The notes below the pieces were generated by a model. It was not told where the DNA came from. It did not search any database and saw only the letters and a list, made by a program, of their open reading frames with translations. This document shows positions 58,613 to 64,000 of a stretch of 64,000 bases of DNA, piece after piece. Position numbers and translations under genes: made by a program. The stretch comes from Hyphomicrobiales bacterium (GTDB lineage: Bacteria > Pseudomonadota > Alphaproteobacteria > Rhizobiales > Beijerinckiaceae), in contig JBJTDR010000101.1 of NCBI GenBank assembly GCA_046092445.1, positions 1,726 to 65,725 on the forward strand, in the 5' to 3' direction. Positions within the stretch are counted from its first letter, which is position 1. Each line of letters opens with the position of its first letter.

Positions 58613-58660
58613 GACCCTCGTGATGTCGGATCTCTCCCGTAACCATTGGAGAGGAGGGTC
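58613..58660 (+). promoter_or_regulatory. leader hairpin that sequesters the TerC ribosome-binding site
   Basis: gaccctc (58613-58619) pairs with gagggtc (58654-58660). ctctcc (58632-58637) pairs with ggagag (58648-58653). The 3' arms form the GGAGAGGAGGG Shine-Dalgarno region just before the ATG at 58665. Confidence 0.5.
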
Positions 58661-58664
58661 CGAG

Positions 58665-59678
58665 ATGGAACTCTTATCGTATTTTATCGACGTATTGTGG
58701 CTCGGAAAGCCCGTTTGGATGTGGCTGACTTTTGTCGGCATTGTGATTGTGCTGCTTGCGCTTGATCTTGGTGTCTTGCATCGCACGCACCGGGCGATCG
58801 GTATCCGAGAAAGTCTCGTGCTGTCGGCGGGCTATATCGCGCTGGCCCTGCTATACGGCGTTTGGGTTTGGTGGGAATTGGGCGCCGAACCGGGACTGGC
58901 CTATTTCACCGGTTTTGCCATCGAGAAGGCGCTGGCGATCGACAATGTGTTCGTGATCGCCATGATTTTCAGTTTTTTTGCTGTACCGCAGAAGTATCAG
59001 CACCGCGTGCTCTTCTGGGGAATTCTGGGAGTAATCCTGCTCCGCGCGCTGATGATCGGGCTAGGTGCGGCGATTGTCTCTGAATTCGCGTGGGTTCTGT
59101 ATGTCTTCGCGGTGTTCCTGATCGGAACCGGCGTCAAGATGCTGATGTTTGCCGACAAGGAAACGGATATCAGCACGAATCCGCTGCTCAAACTGATCCG
59201 TCGCCGCTTCAACGTCACGGACGAGCATCATGGCGAGCGGTTTTTCGTCCGCAAGCCGGATCCGAAGACGGGCAAAATGGTGCGGTTCATGACGCCGCTA
59301 TTTCTGGCGTTGATCCTGATCGAGATTGCGGACGTGATTTTCGCGGTCGACTCGGTGCCGGCGATTTTCGCGATCACGACCGATCCGTTCATCGTTTACA
59401 CGTCGAATATCTTCGCGATTCTCGGGTTGCGGGCGCTGTATTTCGCATTGGCGGCGATGGTTCACCGCTTCCACTATCTCAAATACGCGCTGGCTGTGGT
59501 GCTGATCGTGATCGGGTCGAAGATCTTCGTTGCCGATCTGCTCGGGATCGACAAGGTTCCGCCCTTGCTGTCGCTCATCGTGATTTCGTCCATTCTCGCA
59601 ACCGGCGTGCTGTACAGCATTTTCAAAACGCGCGGGGACGTTGCGGGGCAGCATCCATCCGAAGGAGGTAAGGCATGA
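58665..59678 (+). CDS. TerC-family integral membrane protein
   Basis: Polytopic protein with TerC-type segments (EKALAIDNVFVI, LIEIADVIFAVDSVPAIFAIT). Confidence 0.85.
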   Translation: MELLSYFIDVLWLGKPVWMWLTFVGIVIVLLALDLGVLHRTHRAIGIRESLVLSAGYIALALLYGVWVWWELGAEPGLAYFTGFAIEKALAIDNVFVIAMIFSFFAVPQKYQHRVLFWGILGVILLRALMIGLGAAIVSEFAWVLYVFAVFLIGTGVKMLMFADKETDISTNPLLKLIRRRFNVTDEHHGERFFVRKPDPKTGKMVRFMTPLFLALILIEIADVIFAVDSVPAIFAITTDPFIVYTSNIFAILGLRALYFALAAMVHRFHYLKYALAVVLIVIGSKIFVADLLGIDKVPPLLSLIVISSILATGVLYSIFKTRGDVAGQHPSEGGKA

Positions 59679-59983
59679 TCCGGGATTTTCTGATTTTCAT
59701 CGCGAATTTCTTCATCATCGAGCCGTTCCAGGCGGAGATGTCCGAGCAGCTTGCGGCGGCGAAAGCGCCGCAGGAAATCGTGCAGCAGGTGACCGAGTGC
59801 GTCGCCAGTGCGCCCGGTGTACTGGCCGAGAAATTCTCGGCCGACATGATCGGGAGCACGATGATCGTGTTCAAGGTTGTGATCGGGATGACTTCGGCGG
59901 AGGCGGCTCTTTCGGCTGAAGCACCCGCCTGTGCGCAGGCGCTCTCCGCGGCAAAGCCGTTTCTCGAGGCGGAAGGTGCGTGA
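59675..59983 (+). CDS. small hypothetical protein coupled to TerC
   Basis: The ATG overlaps the TerC stop (ATGA). Hydrophobic N-terminus (FLIFIANFFII). No motif that I recognise. Confidence 0.4.
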   Translation: MIRDFLIFIANFFIIEPFQAEMSEQLAAAKAPQEIVQQVTECVASAPGVLAEKFSADMIGSTMIVFKVVIGMTSAEAALSAEAPACAQALSAAKPFLEAEGA

Positions 59984-60083
59984 GGGATAAGGATTGCGCC
60001 GGAGCGGCTGGTTTCGGCGTACCCGTTTGTATTGACGTATTACCATATTGTATATACACTCTGACTCATCAGGAGAGTGTAAC

Positions 60084-60320
60084 GTGACAATGAGCATCCG
60101 TGATCCGCGGGCGGCGGAATTGGCCAGACTTTTGGCGACCAAGCGCAAAACAACCATGACCCAAGCGATCATCGTTGCTTTGCAGAACGAGTTGCGGCGC
60201 GAGACTGAAAAGGACTCGCTCGAAACGCGGCTTGACCGGATGCTCGACAAGCATCTCGGCGGCCGGATATTGGGCCGTGACATGACGAAGGACGAGATCG
60301 ATGCGATGTGGGGGCACTGA
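60084..60320 (+). CDS. vapB: VapB-type antitoxin (ribbon-helix-helix-like)
   Basis: AGGAGAG lies 6 nt upstream of the GTG at 60084 (alternative ATG at 60090). Contains MSIRDPRAAELARLLATKRKTTMTQAIIVALQNEL. Its stop overlaps the PIN gene start (TGATG). Confidence 0.7.
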   Translation: MTMSIRDPRAAELARLLATKRKTTMTQAIIVALQNELRRETEKDSLETRLDRMLDKHLGGRILGRDMTKDEIDAMWGH

Positions 60321-60712
60321 TGTTTGTCGACAGCTCCGCCCTCATTGCGATCATCCGGCGCGAACCTGAAAAATCCGCGTTGGCCTCACGATTGGAAGGT
60401 GAAATTGCGCCCGTAACCTCGCCGCTTGTGGTGCTCGAAACGGTGATGCGCCTGACGACGATGCTCGGCAATGACGTCGAGACGGCTCGAGCTGTGACAT
60501 CGGCGTTTCTGGACGAAGCCGGTATTCAAGTTGTCCCCATAACCGAAGCCATGGGCGAGGCGGCGATTGATGCGTTTGCCCGTTTTGGCAAGGGAATGGG
60601 ACATGGAGCGCGGCTCAATATTGCCGATTGCCTGACCTATGCCGCCGCGCGCGAACTGGGGCAAGCCATCCTCTACAAGGGCAATGATTTTGCCGCGACA
60701 GATTTGGCATGA
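60320..60712 (+). CDS. vapC: PIN-domain toxin
   Basis: MFVDSSALIAI, LNIADCLTYAAA and GNDFAATD are PIN acidic-residue motifs. Confidence 0.85.
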   Translation: MFVDSSALIAIIRREPEKSALASRLEGEIAPVTSPLVVLETVMRLTTMLGNDVETARAVTSAFLDEAGIQVVPITEAMGEAAIDAFARFGKGMGHGARLNIADCLTYAAARELGQAILYKGNDFAATDLA

Positions 60713-60748
60713 GGTTTTGGAAACAGAAATTCCAGTAAGCCCCGCCCG

Positions 60749-61879
60749 TTACCAGACTTCCTCGAGCATGGCCAAATAATCGGCTTCGGTTGCTTTGTGG
60801 GCATTTGTGCCGTGGGTGTGGTCCAATGTTGCGGCTTTGGCGACTTCGGGCAGGATGTCGCGCGGGACGCCGAGGGCTGACAGTTTGGTTGGCAGGCCGA
60901 GCGAGGCGGTGAAGTGATCGAAGAAGGCGGCGAGGTCGGCATCGGGTGCAAGGCCGATGGCGCGCCGGAGTTTCGGATAGGTTTCGGTGCAGGCCGGTGC
61001 GTTGAAACGCAAAACGGGCGGCAGCATGATCGCGTTCAGCATGCCGTGATGGAGCTTCAGATCGCGATAGCCGCCGAGCGGATGGGAGAGGGCGTGAACC
61101 GCGCCGAGGCCTTTCTGGAAGGCGAGGGCGCCCTCCATCGCGGCGATCATCATCGCGCGCCGCGCGGCGTGATCGTGACCATCAGTGACAGCGCGGGGCA
61201 GGGCGATGATGGCGCGTTCCAGACCATCAATGGCGATGGCGGCGGCAACGGGATTATCCATGGACGAGGTGAAGCATTCGATGCAATGGCTGATCGCATC
61301 CATTCCGGTGGCGGCGGTGAGCAGGGGCGGCAGACCATAGGTGAGTTCGGGATCGCAGATCGCGCGTTTCGGGATGAGATGCGGCGAGAGGAGGCCGAGC
61401 TTGCGGCCGTCCCGGAAGCTGATAATGGCGCCGCGGCCGACTTCGCTGCCGGTGCCTGCCGTTGTAGGGATGGCGATGGTGGGCGCAGTGGCTGCGGTGA
61501 TCCGGCCCATGCCGCCATTGACGAACACGAAGGTTTCAAGCGGGCCCTCATGGGTGGCCATGACGGCGACGGCTTTGGCGAGATCCATTGGAGAGCCGCC
61601 GCCAATCGCGATCAATCCGTCGCAATGATGGGCGCGATAGAGCGCGAGGGCGGCTTCCGCCGCTTCTTCCGTCGGGTTCGAGGGCGTGCCGTCAAAGACG
61701 GGCAGAGCATCGCCCTGCGGCAGATGGGCGAGGACGCGCGCGAACAAACCTGCAGCTCTCACACCCGCATCGGTGATGATGAGGGGCTTTGCAATGCCAG
61801 CGGCCTTCATGTCGTCGGCAAGATGCGACACGGCGCCTTCCTTGAGGCGGATTGTCGTCAGATAGGAGATCATGGCCAT
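60749..61879 (-). CDS. iron-containing (group III) alcohol dehydrogenase
   Basis: GGGSPMDLAKAV and the HALSHPLG metal-binding histidines. Trimmed to the ATG at 61879 or 61873. Confidence 0.85.
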   Translation of the reverse strand: MAMISYLTTIRLKEGAVSHLADDMKAAGIAKPLIITDAGVRAAGLFARVLAHLPQGDALPVFDGTPSNPTEEAAEAALALYRAHHCDGLIAIGGGSPMDLAKAVAVMATHEGPLETFVFVNGGMGRITAATAPTIAIPTTAGTGSEVGRGAIISFRDGRKLGLLSPHLIPKRAICDPELTYGLPPLLTAATGMDAISHCIECFTSSMDNPVAAAIAIDGLERAIIALPRAVTDGHDHAARRAMMIAAMEGALAFQKGLGAVHALSHPLGGYRDLKLHHGMLNAIMLPPVLRFNAPACTETYPKLRRAIGLAPDADLAAFFDHFTASLGLPTKLSALGVPRDILPEVAKAATLDHTHGTNAHKATEADYLAMLEEVW

Positions 61880-61917
61880 GGCCGGGCACTCATTTTTAAG
61901 GGGTTTCGACGCAATGA

Positions 61918-63192
<1,275 letters not shown>

Positions 63193-63219
63193 CCGGCGCT
63201 TGACGACTGGATTGCAAGT

Positions 63220-63256
63220 CCCGGCGGGATAGGTCCGCCGGGGCTTTTCTTTTTTG
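63220..63256 (+). terminator. intrinsic terminator after the TRAP receptor gene
   Basis: cccggcgg (63220-63227) pairs with ccgccggg (63235-63242) around a 7-nt loop, followed by gcttttcttttttg. Confidence 0.8.
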
Positions 63257-63390
63257 CTGCTCGAGATTGTGTCCGCGTTGGTTTTGCGTTAGGAAACGCC
63301 TGCGTCCCCAAGACACCCTTGGAGGCAGGGACGCATGTGCACAGCCGTCGGGCATCGCTCGGGCGGCTTTACTTTTGAAGGATGAGAACA

Positions 63391-64000
63391 ATGTCAAATG
63401 CTGTAAAGCAGATCAAGGCGACGAGCCGGACGCAAGGTGGCAAGGGGGCCGCCCGAGCACTTCGTCGTACCGGTCAAATTCCTGCGGTTATCTATGGCGG
63501 CGGCGCGGCTCCTGCTCCGATCGCGCTCGATTACAATGTCGCGAGCAAGCTGATTTTTGCCGGTCATTTTCTGACGACGATTTTTGAAATCGATGTCGAC
63601 GGAACAACCACACGCGCCATTCCCCGTGATTACCAAATGGATCCGGTGAAGGATTTCCCGATGCATATCGACTTTCTGCGCCTCATGGCAGGCCAGAAGA
63701 TCAAGCTCGATGTGCCGGTTCATGTGATCAACCATGCTGCTTCGCCGGGCATCAAGCGCGGTGGCACGGTGAATCTGGTGCTCCATTCGATTGAAATGAT
63801 GGTGCCGGGCGACGCGATTCCTGACGGTGTCACGGTTGATCTGAACGGTATCGATATCGGCAAGTCGATCCATATATCGATGATTTCATTGCCAGAAAAT
63901 TGCACGCCGGTTGATCGCAGCGATTTCACGATTGCGACGGTTGTTGCTTCTGCCGGTATGAAGGAAGCACCGGCTGCTGAAGCACCTGCGGCTGCTGCTG
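63391..64000 (+). CDS. rplY: 50S ribosomal protein L25 / general stress protein Ctc, 3' end outside the window
   Basis: Translated by hand from the ATG at 63391: MSNAVKQIKATSRTQGGKGAARALRRTGQIPAVIYGG...DFLRL... The ORF is open to the window edge, which explains its absence from the ORF track. Confidence 0.88.
   Translation, partial: MSNAVKQIKATSRTQGGKGAARALRRTGQIPAVIYGGGAAPAPIALDYNVASKLIFAGHFLTTIFEIDVDGTTTRAIPRDYQMDPVKDFPMHIDFLRLMAGQKIKLDVPVHVINHAASPGIKRGGTVNLVLHSIEMMVPGDAIPDGVTVDLNGIDIGKSIHISMISLPENCTPVDRSDFTIATVVASAGMKEAPAAEAPAAAA

Noticed and set aside
58521-58664. Calling the TerC leader a yybP-ykoY manganese riboswitch.
   Set aside because: Only a short 3' similarity (gagagacc) is visible. 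The strongly conserved 5' GGGGAGUAG-type segment is absent between the tRNA and the gene. I kept only the directly visible SD-sequestering hairpin as a feature.

Overview
The window looks like a chromosomal segment from a marine alphaproteobacterium. That assignment is inferred from gene content only, because there is no rRNA to anchor taxonomy.

**Layout, left to right**
1. 0.2-8.7 kb, minus strand: a secreted PQQ sugar dehydrogenase, then a complete proteorhodopsin photosystem. The opsin has its own terminator and is followed by crtE-crtI-crtB-crtY-blh-idi. The last gene, idi, is broken.
2. 9.2-22.3 kb, minus strand: a LysR regulator and a tightly overlapped 10-gene operon. It encodes an FAD oxidase, RidA, a creatininase-family hydrolase, a non-pyrrolysine MttB-family methyltransferase, a DMGDH/sarcosine-dehydrogenase-like FAD/folate enzyme, a Pot-type ABC importer and a cytosine/creatinine-deaminase-like amidohydrolase.
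3. 22.4-24.8 kb: quinone reductase, class I glutamine amidotransferase and an EamA exporter.
4. 24.9-32.2 kb: a Dpp-type ABC operon with an MmgE/PrpD-family gene embedded in it.
5. 32.6-34.5 kb: fused iolC kinase/aldolase.
6. About 34.5-52.5 kb: a clearly AT-richer accessory block encoding sugar/sugar-acid catabolism.
   - It holds two HpcH aldolases, 2-hydroxyacid dehydrogenases, Gfo/Idh/MocA and SDR oxidoreductases, a ribose-type ABC importer, iolG, an allE-allA pair and a GlcD-like oxidase.
   - It also holds a 650-aa protein I cannot classify and one decayed dehydrogenase gene.
   - I saw no regulator or mobility gene in it.
7. 52.4-64 kb: IlvD/Edd dehydratase, aldo/keto reductase, two VapBC modules, a serine hydrolase, RpiB, divergent tRNA-Pro/tRNA-Gln, TerC, Fe-ADH, a TRAP solute receptor and the 5' part of rplY.

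**Absent:** no CRISPR array, transposase or integrase was seen.

**Most interesting**
- the MttB-centred operon, which has no corrinoid partner
- the AT-rich block with its unclassified large protein and a shared upstream motif
- several exact repeats and palindromes in intergenic regions
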